DNA of 63,473 nt, the filler included, from Hyphochytrium catenoides (taxonomy: Eukaryota > Protista > Hyphochytriomycota), in NCBI GenBank assembly GCA_900088475.1. It is 9 parts of 9 records of this genome, joined end to end, with 100 filler letters (N's around TTAATTAATTAA, not from the genome) between each part and the next. Parts side by side here need not be neighbours in the genome. Positions count along the whole stretch, not along the records: positions 23,241 to 34,092 come from FLMG01000642.1; positions 34,193 to 39,980 come from FLMG01003718.1; 7 more parts are not named here. One strand, 5' to 3'. Positions 26,021-36,890 of this stretch are shown piece after piece (the stretch's first letter is position 1; every line of letters begins with the position of its first letter). The notes under the pieces were generated by a model. It was not told where the DNA came from. It searched no databases and saw nothing but the letters and a program-made list of their open reading frames with translations. The position numbers were made by a program, and so were the translations under genes.

Positions 26021-27653
26021 TCTCTNNNNNNNNNNNNNNNNNNNNNNNNNNNNNNNNNNNNNNNNNNNNNNNNNNNNNNNNNNNNNNNNNNNNNNNNNNN
26101 NNNNNNNNNNNNCCCCGCCCCCCTCTCTCTCTCTCTCTCTCTCTCTTGTGCAGTGTCTCTCTCTCTCTGTCTCTCTTTCTCCGTCTCTCTCTTCCCCCCT
26201 TTCTCTCTCCCTTTCCTCCCTCCGTTCCTCTCCTATGTCTCTATGTGTGTAAGGAATATGCCTTTCTTTGCGATTTTCCCATTCCTCTCCCTCTCTCTTT
26301 CCTTCTTTTCTCTTTCTCTCTTTCTGGTCTAATTACTAAAGCTTTTATCGGGGATCTTTCCCTATCTTTCCCTTCCAGGACGGTCGTACCGTCGCTGCCG
26401 AGGCAGGAGCGCTAGCAGAAGAGAGAGAGGATTGCACAGATCTCTCTCTCTCAGCTTCCACTCTTTCCCTAAGTGGATCTCCGGCAGCGGCTCTGCGAAG
26501 ACAACAAGGCAAGAGCACTCTAGACATACAGAGAGAGAGAGAGAGAGACAGCCAGACAGAGAGAGACCGTGACAGGGAGAAATCACCAGAAAGAGAGATA
26601 AGTGGAGAAGAGAGAGAGAGTATTGAGTATGAGATAGGACGCCATAGGGAAGCAAGAGCAAAACAAAAAGAGATAAAGAGACTCGTGGAGAAAGAAAGAG
26701 AACGGGTCATAGTCTTTTGAACATCGTGGCCTTTGAGCCTCACATTTTGATATCTACCTCTCTCTTTCTCTCTCTCTCTCTCNNNNNNNNNNNNNNNNNN
26801 NNNNNNNNNNNNNNNNNNNNNNNNNNNNNNNNNNNNNNNNNNNNNNNNNNNNNNNNNNNNNNNNNNNTCACTCGGCAGAGGGAAGAGAACAAGGCACTGC
26901 AGGTCTGTGTAGGAGTTAAAAGGGAGAAAGAAAGAGAGAAAGAAAAATGGCGAGCGAGAATAGCCATGAAGAAGAAGATACGAAGATTGGAGTTTGAGAG
27001 AGACGACTCTTTCTCCGTTTCTCTCTTTCTCTTGTGGGCTCTGTGGTCTCTCTCCTGCCCTTCCGCCCAAGAAATGCGTAACTAAAATCTCTCTCTTTCT
27101 CTCTTTCGCTTCTTCTCAATGCTTTCTCTCCCCTGGCAAGGCAAACATGAAAAAGCAGGCTGACAGGTATCAGGCACTGCTGTCAGAAGACAGAGTGACC
27201 ATCAACGAGCTAAAATCTAAACTAGCGGAAAAAGAGAACGAGTTAGATGTGAGATCGTCTCTCTCTTTGTCTCGTTTTGTCTCTCTCGCTTTCTCTTTCT
27301 CTCTCTCCCTCTTCTCTCTCTCTCTCTCTCCTCCCTGGACGTCACTCGTACTCTCTTCCGGCTATTCACTCTCTCCTGCCACGTTTCTCCCTTATCCTTT
27401 TCTTCTCTCTTCACTCTCTTTCTCTCGTTCTTTCGTTGGTTTCTCTCTCTGGCCATCTGTTTCTGTCACTGTCTCTGTCTCTTTGTGTTCTCTCTCTCTC
27501 TCCCTCTCTCTTTTCTGCCAGCTCTGCTACGTCCACAAGAGACTTTCCCTTCATTGCAGCGTCTGCTTGTTGAACAATCTTCATCTTTCATTAGATCTGA
27601 TTCCTCTATCTTTCTTTTTCTTTGCATTCTTTTCCCATTGAATTGATGATATT

Positions 27654-27709
<56 letters not shown>

Positions 27710-28004
27710 CCTGGACGTCACTCGTACTCTCTTCCGGCTATACACTCTCTCCTACCACGTTTCTCCCTTATCCCTTTCTTCTCTCTTCACTCTCTTTCTC
27801 TCCTTCTTTCGTTGGTTTTTCTCTCTGGCCATCTGTTTCTTTCACTGTCTCTGCCTCTTTGTGTTCTCTCTCTCTCCCTCTCTCTTTTCTGCCAGCTCTG
27901 CTACGTCCACAAGAGACTTTCCCTTCATTGCAGCGTCTGTTGTTTTGAACAATCCTCAACTTTCATTATCTCTGATTCCTCTATTGCTTCTCTCTCTCTC
28001 TCCC

Positions 28005-28055
<51 letters not shown>

Positions 28056-29622
28056 ATCGCTCTTCGCAGCGGCTGGTAGAAGGTCGAGATGGTGCGCTGC
28101 GCTCTGAGCTGCAGCTGATCTTAGAAAACAATCAGCGAATTATGGAAGAGAGAGAGGAACATCTCCGAAAGACCTCCTCTTCCAGTCTCTCCAGCTCGTA
28201 CCAGGTAAGGAAAGAGAAATTCCTCTCTCTCTCATATCGAACAGGCTGCCTTCTTCCTTTCCCTGTTACCATTGATTAGTCTTTGTCTCCGGTCTCGTTC
28301 TCTCTCGTGTCTCTCTTTTTATCTCCCTCGCTCGAGTCTTTTGTCCTTCAAGTCACTATTCTTCTTTGGCTTCTCCACCAGGGGAACCCTCTCTTCTCTG
28401 TTGTTCATTTTCTCGCTTACTCTCCTTCGCCCCCCTCTCTTTTCTCTCCGCTCTGCCCCCTGCCTTCTCTCTCTCCCTCTCTCTGTCTCTTTCTCAATCT
28501 CTGTCTCTCTCTCGCTCTTACATTTCTTTCAACCTTTTTCTGTCTCTCCTGGTGGCCTCTCCTTTTCAGTCCAGTCGGCTTGAGATAGAACAGAGGATAC
28601 GGAGCGAGGTGCGACCTCTTTCTCTCTCTTGTCGATCAGTTTCTTCCCTCTCTATCGCCAAACCTCTTTCCTCAAGCTTTTCTTTCTGTCTCTCTCTCTC
28701 TCTCTCGTATTTGTTCTCTTCGTCTCGTCCTCTCTTCCTCTCTCTCTCTGTCTCTCTCTTTCTGTTTCTCTTTCTGTCTCTCTCTCTCTGTCTCTCTCTC
28801 TGTCTCTCTCTATCACAATCTCTCTCCCCTCCGCCCTCTCTCTCTCTCTCTGTGTGCTCTCTCTCTCTGTCTCCCTCTCTTTGTCTCTGTCTCTCTCTCT
28901 CTCTCTCTGTGCTCTCTCTGTCACTCTCTGTCTCTGTCTCTCTCTCGCTGTGCTCTCTCTCTCTGTGTAAAACATCTCTTGACTCTGTCTCGCATCAGCT
29001 TGAGAAACAGTTCCGTCAGAGCTCCGAGGCGCTGAACAAAGCGAAGGACATTGAGATAGAGAACATCAAGCAGCAGGTACACAAATCCAGTGCCACACCA
29101 ACTCGAAGAGAGAACACAAAACGGGAGAGAAGGGACTGAAAGAGAGAGCGAGAGAGACAGCGAGAGAGAGAGAGAGAGACGGAGAAAGAGAAGGAGAAAG
29201 AGGTGAGAGCGTGAAAAAGGGAGAGAGAAATAAAAGAGAGAGAGAGAGAGAAAAAAAGAGTGAGTAACAGCGAGCGAGAGAAAGAAAGGAAGAGAAAGAA
29301 AGGGAGAGAGAGAGAGAAGGAGAGAGAGAAAGAGCGAGAGAGTGAGAAAGGGAGAGAGAAAGTAGAGAGAGAGAGAAAAAGAATGAGAAACAGCGAGCGA
29401 CAGAAAGAAAAGGAGAGAAAAAAAGGTGGGGAGAGAGAAAGAGTGAGAGAGAGAAAGAGAGAGAGAGAACGATAGATTCATAAGCGGAGGGCAGTAAGAA
29501 TGATGGAGCTGTCTTCAGCAGGAGACCTACTTAGAGACATATTGAGCTGCCTGTAGTCAGGGTCTCCCATTCTCTTACATCTCTCTTTCTTTGATCCCTT
29601 CAATATGCTCCATCTCTACCCC

Positions 29623-29664
<42 letters not shown>

Positions 29665-31550
29665 TAGTATGAGTACTGGCTGGAGAAGAAGAATAACGAA
29701 GTGCATAAGTTTGTCTCGGATTTCAACAGCTATCAGAAGGAAAAGAGAACGCAGATAGACGTACGCGCCTTCATCCTCTCTTTTCCTTTCTTCTCTCTCT
29801 CTCTCTCTCCTCTTCTCTCTCTCTCTCCTCTTCTCTCTTTCTCTCTCTCACATCACATACACAAAGATACTCACACACACTCTCTCTCTTGGTCTCTCTC
29901 TCTCTCTTCTTTATGACGCCGTCGATCTCTCTCACTTCACGGTCTCCCTTGATTCTCTTTTGTTTACACAGCATCTTAACACGGAGCTGCTCGATGTCTT
30001 TCGCGCTTACAAGGAAGCGAAGGAGACAGTGGCTGCTCTTGACGGGTAACATACCCTGCTCTAGCTTTCTATTCTCCTCTCTCTCTCTCTCTCNNNNNNN
30101 NNNNNNNNNNNNNNNNNNNNNNNNNNNNNNNNNNNNNNNNNNNNCTCTCTCTCTCTCTCTCTCTCTCTCCCCATCTCTCTTTCTCTGTCCATCTCTCTCT
30201 CTCTTCTTTCCGGGGCACTATTGCTGCTTAGAAAACAAACACTGTGGACAAACCTAACAGGATATGCTTCTCACTCTCTCTTCTCTTTCCTACTTTCTTT
30301 CTCGTTTCCTGTTTACCCTTTCCCTCTGCCTCTCTCCAACCCTCTCACACTCTTTCTGTGCATCTCTCTCTCTCTCTCTCTTCTCTTCTCTCTCACTTTA
30401 CAGCCATCATCCAGGAGCTTCTCGGGATATCTTCTTGGAAGCGGGACACTGCTTCTCTTTCCTTCGAAGTCTCCTGCAGAAAGAGCAGAAGCAGCACAAG
30501 GAAGAACGTCCAAGCGGGCAAAAGAAAGAGAAAGAGTCCGCCAAGCCTTTTCTCTCTTCTTCTTCTCCTAAGCAAGCGCGAGAAAGAGACGTCAATCTCT
30601 CTCTCTCCTCTCCTTCCACTTCAGTCTCTTCTGCTACTAGACAACGCCCCAAGACAGCAGGAGCGGGTAGGGCCGTGAAGCCTCTGCGTAAAGTTGGAGA
30701 AGGAGAGAGAGAGAAAGGGAACAATCTGGTGGAAGAGACAATGAAGGTAAGCATCCATCCCTATGTCCGTGGCGTAGCGCGAGTGCTCCTCCTGATACTC
30801 TCTCTCTCTCTGTTTCTCTCTTCTCTTCTTTCGCCCTCTTCCTTTCCCCCTCTTTTCTTCTTTCATGTCCCCCGCTTCTCTTTCTTTCCCATCTCTTCCT
30901 CTCCCATCTCTTCCATCTCTCCACCCCTTCTCTCTCTCTCTCTCTCTCTCTCTGTCCCTGTCTCTGTCTCTCTCTCTGTCCCTGTCTCTGTCTCTCTCTG
31001 TCTCTGTCTCTTGTGTCTCTCCTCTACGGAGTCTTAAGCCTTTCGCCTCCCTGCTGGCAGGGAAGTCATTCTCTCTTTCACTCCACCTTCTCTCTCGCGT
31101 TCCTCTGCTTTAATCCTGCTTTCTCTCCTCTTTCATCTGCTCGGTTCTTTTCCTTTCTCACTATCTCATCCCTTCTCCTCTCTCTCGCTCTTCCCGATGT
31201 CCTCTCTCTGGGCTCTCTCTCTCTCTTTTTCTCTCTGCTTTCCCTGTTTCTCTTATGCTTCTGCTCACCTCCATTTCTCTCCAGCCGCGCCTCCCCCATG
31301 TCCAGGTCCCAGCCCCTCCTGAAGAACTGAGAGAAGCAGTTTTGAGTTCTCTCTCTTCTCCCTCTCCCTCCTCCTCTCTTGACGGTATGACCAGCCAGAG
31401 CTCTCTTCTCCCTCTTCCCTCTTATTAGGTTTCTTCCATCTCTTTCTCTCCTTCTCTGGAAAAAGAGAAAGCGGCATTAATTCTTGTTTCTCCTCACTGC
31501 GTGCGCGCGCGCTCCCTTCTTTCTTTCTTTCTCTCTCTTTCTCTCTCTCT

Positions 31551-31583
<33 letters not shown>

Positions 31584-32274
31584 NNNNNNNNNNNNNNNNN
31601 NNNNNNNNNNNNNNNNNNNNNNNNNNNNNNNNTCTCTCTCTCTCCCCCCTCTCAATCTCTCTCTCTCTCTCTGTCTCCCTTTGTCTTACCCTCTCTCTAT
31701 CTGCCTGTTCCTGGTGTGCTTTTTCTTTTTCTCTCTCTCTCTCTCTCTCCCTATTATTTCCTGTGTCACCTTCTCCTGTCTCGCTTTGCTTGTTATCTCT
31801 CTTCCACTTCAGTAACGAAGGCCCGAGAGTACATTCTCTGGCTCGAGGCCGAGCGGACAAAGCTTCACAGCCAGTTCTCAGAGGAGGTTCGTGCCATTCC
31901 TTTTTCTCTTTTTCTCTCTTTCTCTCTTTCTCTCTCTCCTTTCCTCTCCCTTTCTTCATGCCCCTCTTTCTATCTCTCTCCGAATCTCTCTCTCAAGATC
32001 TCGGGGGTCCCCCTCTCTCTCTCTTTCCGTTTCCGTCCTTCCTCTCTTGCCCTTTCTTCTTACTTTTTCCAGCCACTCTGTCCGCTTCTCTCCTCTCTTT
32101 CCTTCCAACCCATCTGTTGTCTTCCTTTGCTCGGTCTGAAGTATTCCCTCCTGATTTATCTCTCCGTGTTGCTCTTTCTCTGTCCCAATATTCGTTTCTC
32201 TTTCTTCTCCCTTTCTTCATCTCTTTCTTATTTCCTCCTCTCTCTCTCTCTTTCTCTCTCTCTCTGTCTCTCTG

Positions 32275-32335
<61 letters not shown>

Positions 32336-32561
32336 TTTCGGTCCGCCCGGCGGTCTCTCTCCTTTCCCGCGCTCTCTCTCTTCACTGCCAATATTTTGGG
32401 CCTTTAGCAAGAAAAGTTGAAGCAGATGCGGATCGCTAACAAAGCTCAAAGTAGACAACTTGAGAGGTAAGCCGGAGATACAAAGAGAGACAGAGAAGGA
32501 AAGAGAGATACAAGAAAAGGAGAGCGAGGGCAGAGAGAGGAAGAGACACAGACAGAGAGAG

Positions 32562-32600
<39 letters not shown>

Positions 32601-32965
32601 GAGAGAGAGAGAGAGAGAGAAAGAGGAAACGGAAAGTACTCATATCTTGAGCGGATACAGTCTCTTGGTCCCGCCTCTGTTCTTCTGATTGTGTCCTTCT
32701 ATCACCCTGTCTCCCTCCCTCTGCAGTCTTTCTCTTCCCTTTTCTCGTCCCTCTATAGCTCTTTCTCCACCTATTCTTCTTAATTGTCCTCACTGACTGG
32801 TCTCTCTCTTCCCCTCTCTCTCTCTTTCTTCTCTCACTCTCCTTTCTTTCTTTTCTCTCTTTGTGTCCTGCACCACTCTTGGTCTCTTCCTCAACCGCTT
32901 CGTATTATCTGTCCAGACTGCAGAGACAGCTGAGCCGACCCGCGTCAGAACCAGAAAGTAGCTAA
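23535..32965 (+). CDS. kinesin with N-terminal motor (5' end missing) and long coiled-coil tail, about 18 exons
   Basis: Exons 23535-23589 (LNLIDLAG), 23955-24042 (SER...INTSLSALGK), 24386-24473 (VPYRDSKLTRLLQNSL) and 25041-25153 (GGNSFT...ECLGTLQFANRC). Coiled-coil exons follow (e.g. 27141-27248, 28070-28204, 28999-29076, 29668-29760, 30404-30746) to a TAA ending at 32965. An exon may be hidden in the N gap at ~26.0-26.1 kb. Confidence 0.88.
27331..27954. repeat. ~250-bp near-identical direct duplication inside a kinesin intron
   Basis: CTCCCTGGACGTCACTCGTAC...TGAACAATC occurs at ~27331-27579 and ~27707-27954. Confidence 0.9.
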
Positions 32966-33718
32966 GACGGAAAGAAAGAAACAAAGAGAAAGAGAGAGAA
33001 GGGGAGAACGAGAGAGAGAGAGAGAGAGGCGAGAGAGAGAGAGAAAAAGATGCGAACGCAGCTTGAGTATAATCTTAGTTGTGTTATGGAGCTTCCCTCT
33101 CTGAAGTCTATGTCTCGCTTTCTCTCTCTGGTACTCTGCCTTTGTCTCCTCTATCCTCGTCCTCTTTCGCAAGAGGAAGCAAGAACAGCTGAGGAGAGAG
33201 AGAGAGAGGGGAAGGAGAGAGAGCCGTGGTATGGCAGCAAAAAGATCTGAGAGAGAGAGGGCTAAATCGGCGAGGAGCTGATTTATAGGAGGAGATTCGT
33301 TTATTTACATCGAACCTCCCGTGGCTTCATTGCCACGGTCGTCCGTTCGAAGGAGAGAGAGAGAGAGAGAAAGAGGTTTAAAAGAAGGGGGCAATAGAGG
33401 CTAATGCCATAACTTAGGTTGCGATAGTCACGATGTGAGGAGAAACAGAAAAGAGAGAGAGCAAGAGAGAGAGAAAAAGAGAGAGAGAACGTGAGAGAGG
33501 AGTCCTCCCATAAACTGGGAAGAAAGAGAGAGAGATCGTAGAGATTGTTTACACCTCCCCAGTCAGAAACACGAGGAGCTGTCAATCAAATCTATATATA
33601 TAAAGAGGTGGGAACAGAAAGAGCGCAAACGAAGGAGAGAGGGAGAGAGAGGCATGCGAAGCTTTTCTGTCTCTCTCTGGGTTTTAACGTCAAGTGGAGC
33701 AGGGGGAGAGGGTGGCAC

Positions 33719-33936
33719 TCAGTAGTCATCTTGCACTGTCAACGCCTTCAACTTGTCAATAAATTGAGCGCGCTTCGAGCCAAGAATCTGAGCCAACACC
33801 TGAAGAGAATGAAACGAGAGAAGTGAGAGGGAGAGAGAGAGATTAGGATACAACCTCAGCCAATACCAGCAAGGAGCAGTTAAACACCAAGAGGTATACA
33901 GCACCAACGAGAGAGACATAGAGCCAGAGAGAGAGC
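33719..33936 (-). CDS. 3' end (last two exons, 33855-33936 and 33719-33799) of an unidentified membrane-protein gene
   Basis: A 55-nt GT-AG intron joins LSLWLYVSLVGAVYLLVFNCSLLVLAE to VLAQILGSKRAQFIDKLKALTVQDDY*. The upstream part is lost at the contig end. Confidence 0.55.
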
Positions 33937-34024
33937 CTAGGAGAGAAGGTGTATGGCCAAAATGGCCACAACGAGGACAGAGAAAAGTGAAAAAGATGAC
34001 ATGGCAAAAGACAGATAGAGAGAA

Positions 34025-34067
<43 letters not shown>

Positions 34068-34812
34068 GAGGTAGACCGTGAGGAAGAGAGAANNNNNNNN
34101 NNNNNNNNNNNNNNNNNNNNNNNNNNNNNNNNNNNNTTAATTAATTAANNNNNNNNNNNNNNNNNNNNNNNNNNNNNNNNNNNNNNNNNNNNTACATAGT
34201 TCTAGGTGCCAAAATGTTTTTTACTGGAACACCTTGCTCCTCCGCGCTCTGCCTGCCGCTGGCCTGACTGTTATAGTGTATAAGTACAAGTAGCAGCTTT
34301 GACCTGTAGAAAGGGAGGACGGAGGAAGGCGTTATTACCGGAATAACGTATGCTAATCTACCTCGTATTTTGGATACTGAGCTATTTTATGCTGGTTAAG
34401 GGTCAGGATGGACTTCAGAACCGCCAGAAGCCGCCGCACAGACTCCACAGCAGACAGGACAGGATCTGCTCTGCGGCTTGTGTCCTTGTGTCAACTCTGC
34501 TCTCCAGGCAATCCGCAGCAGGGACAGATGATGACTGAGAGCCGTCCATCAGAGCAAGCTCCTCTAGTTCTATCTATGTCCTCTTCGTCGTGTTAGCCAG
34601 CAGGGGCTAAGCTTCTTTCTCAAGTAGTGATGAGTAGACGAAGCACTAGTCCTCCTCTGCTGTCAAGCCCGCCGCCTTTCATGCTACTTCGTCAGCACTT
34701 GCCTCTATGGCTTTCTGAAGAGAGACATAGTTGATGAAGGAGGAGTGACCTCTTTGTAACCCATCAAGATCTTCAGGAGGAGTGCCAAAGAGTGACCCTC
34801 CTCAGATTCACA

Positions 34813-36792
34813 ATGGCCAGGGTCAGTGTGAATGCACGCCTTAGTGTGATGGCTGGATGTCAAGCGTACTACTACGGGGGTTGGACTAAGGCGAGCAGTA
34901 GTAGGTTGACATCACAAGCTTTCAGGAGGTCCCTCACCATCAGAGCGTCCAATGAGCTCATGAGCTCCTTGGCGTGTAGCTCTATCAGAAGGCGAGACAG
35001 AGGCCAAGGGCTGAGCCCATCGAGAGGTTACCACCAGCGCAGAGTCACCTCGAAGTCTCTTCTTAGTAGAGAGAAAGCAGGCGCCAATCCTTCTGCTTCT
35101 CTTCTGCAGCGTACAGGGAATAAGTCGGCTGCTGATGGGAGTCAGTTACGTTCGGTCGTGGCCCTTACTCAATTGATTGCTAAGTATGGCGCTAGGGGGA
35201 ACCTTCGGGCCCTTGAGGACGTGCTGTACAAGCGCATGCCGAAGTCTGGCGTGAAGCCCAATGCGATCACCTGCTCTGAGGTGCTGAAGGCGTATATCAA
35301 GGCTGGACAGCTCCAAAAGGCAGAGTTGTTTCTGCGCGAGAGCATGCCATCGCTAGGAGTGAAGCCAGCTGTTATTCACTTCACTCTGCTCCTAGGAGGC
35401 TATGGTTCTACGGGTAACTGGCAGGCAATGGAGGAGATCCTGTACAAGCGCGTGCCTGAGGCTGGCGTGAAGCCCAATGCGATCACTTGCTCTGAGGTTC
35501 TGAAGGCGTACATCAAGACTGGACAGGTCAAAAAGGCAGAGATGTTTGTGCGTGAGGGCATGCCATCGCTAGGACTGAAGCCAATTGGTATTCACTTCAC
35601 TCTGCTCCTGGGAGGCTCTGGATCTATGGGTAACTTGCAGACAATGGAGGAGATTTTGTACCATCGCATGCCTGAGGCTGGCGTCAAGCCTGATGAGATA
35701 ACCTGCTCTGAGGTTCTGAAGGCTTACATCAAGGCAGGACAGCTCAAAAAGGCAGATATGTTTCTGCGTGAGGGCATGCCGTCGCTCGGAATGAAGCCAA
35801 CTGCTATTCACTTCAATCTGCTCCTGGGAGGCTATGGGTCTATGGCTCAGTTGCAGACAATGGGTGAGATCCTGTACAAGCGTATGCCTGAGGCTGGCGT
35901 GAAGCCTGATGAGGTCAGCTGCGCTGAGGTACTGAAGGCGTACATCAAGGCTGGAGAGTTAGACAAGGCAGAGATCTTTCTGCGTGGGGGCATACAGTCC
36001 ATAGGATTGAAGCCAACTGATATTCACTTCAACCTGCTCCTGGGAGGCTATGGGTCTATGGGTCAGTTTCAGACGGCGGAGGAGCTCCTGTACAAGCGTA
36101 TGCCTGAGGCTGGCGTGAAGCCTGATGAGATCACTTGCGCTGAGGTGCTGAAGGCGTACATCAAGGCTGGTGAGCTGGAAAAGGCACAAATGTTTTTGCG
36201 TGAGAGCATACAGTCGCTAGGAGTGAAGCCAACTGACATTCACTTTACTCTGCTCCTGGGAGGCTATGGATCTATTGGTAACTGGCAGGCAATGGAGGAG
36301 ATTTTATTCGGGCGCATGCCTGAGGCTGGCGTGAAGCCTGATGAGATCACCTGCACTGAGGTGCTGAAGGCGTACATCAAGGCAGGAGAGCTGGAAAAGG
36401 CATCAACGTTTCTGCGTTGGGGCATACCATCGATAGGTGTTAAGCGAACTGTTAACCAGTTCAACCTGCTCCTGGAAGGCTATGGATCTATGGGTGACTT
36501 GCAGGCAGCGGAGGAGATTCTGTACAAGGCCATGCCTGAGGCTAGCTTGAAGCCCAATGAGATCAGCTGCGCTGAGGTTCTGAAGGCGTACATCAAGGCT
36601 GGAGAGCTGGAAAAGGCATCAACGTTTCTGCTTGAGGGCATATCGTCGCTAGGAGTGAAGCCAACTGATATTCACTTCAACCTGCTTCTGGAAGGCTATG
36701 GGTCTATGGCTCAGTTGCAGGCAGTGGAGGAGATCCTGTGCAAGCGCATATCTGAGGCTGGTCTGAAGGATTCACCTGCGCTGGGATTTTGA
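34813..36792 (+). CDS. PPR protein with alternating 36-aa motifs and an organelle-targeting-like N-terminus; last motifs frameshifted
   Basis: Arg/Ser-rich, acid-poor N-terminus. Helical repeats xITCSEVLKAYIKAG...GVKPx alternate with xIHF[TN]LLLGGYGSMG...AGVKP[DN]. Repeat homology continues out of frame to a TAA ending at 36923. Confidence 0.88.
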   Translation: MARVSVNARLSVMAGCQAYYYGGWTKASSSRLTSQAFRRSLTIRASNELMSSLACSSIRRRDRGQGLSPSRGYHQRRVTSKSLLSREKAGANPSASLLQRTGNKSAADGSQLRSVVALTQLIAKYGARGNLRALEDVLYKRMPKSGVKPNAITCSEVLKAYIKAGQLQKAELFLRESMPSLGVKPAVIHFTLLLGGYGSTGNWQAMEEILYKRVPEAGVKPNAITCSEVLKAYIKTGQVKKAEMFVREGMPSLGLKPIGIHFTLLLGGSGSMGNLQTMEEILYHRMPEAGVKPDEITCSEVLKAYIKAGQLKKADMFLREGMPSLGMKPTAIHFNLLLGGYGSMAQLQTMGEILYKRMPEAGVKPDEVSCAEVLKAYIKAGELDKAEIFLRGGIQSIGLKPTDIHFNLLLGGYGSMGQFQTAEELLYKRMPEAGVKPDEITCAEVLKAYIKAGELEKAQMFLRESIQSLGVKPTDIHFTLLLGGYGSIGNWQAMEEILFGRMPEAGVKPDEITCTEVLKAYIKAGELEKASTFLRWGIPSIGVKRTVNQFNLLLEGYGSMGDLQAAEEILYKAMPEASLKPNEISCAEVLKAYIKAGELEKASTFLLEGISSLGVKPTDIHFNLLLEGYGSMAQLQAVEEILCKRISEAGLKDSPALGF

Positions 36793-36890
36793 AGGCGTAC
36801 ATCAGAGCTGGAGAGCTCCAGAAGGCAAAGGTACTTCTGCGTGAAGAGATACCGTCACTAAGAGTGAATCTGGACGGTGATCGCTATCGG
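35155..36890 (+). repeat. 216-bp coding tandem repeat, about 8 units
   Basis: For example GCTGGCGTGAAGCCCAAT at 35461 and GCTGGCGTCAAGCCTGAT at 35677 give a period of 216. High nucleotide identity is visible between units. Confidence 0.95.
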
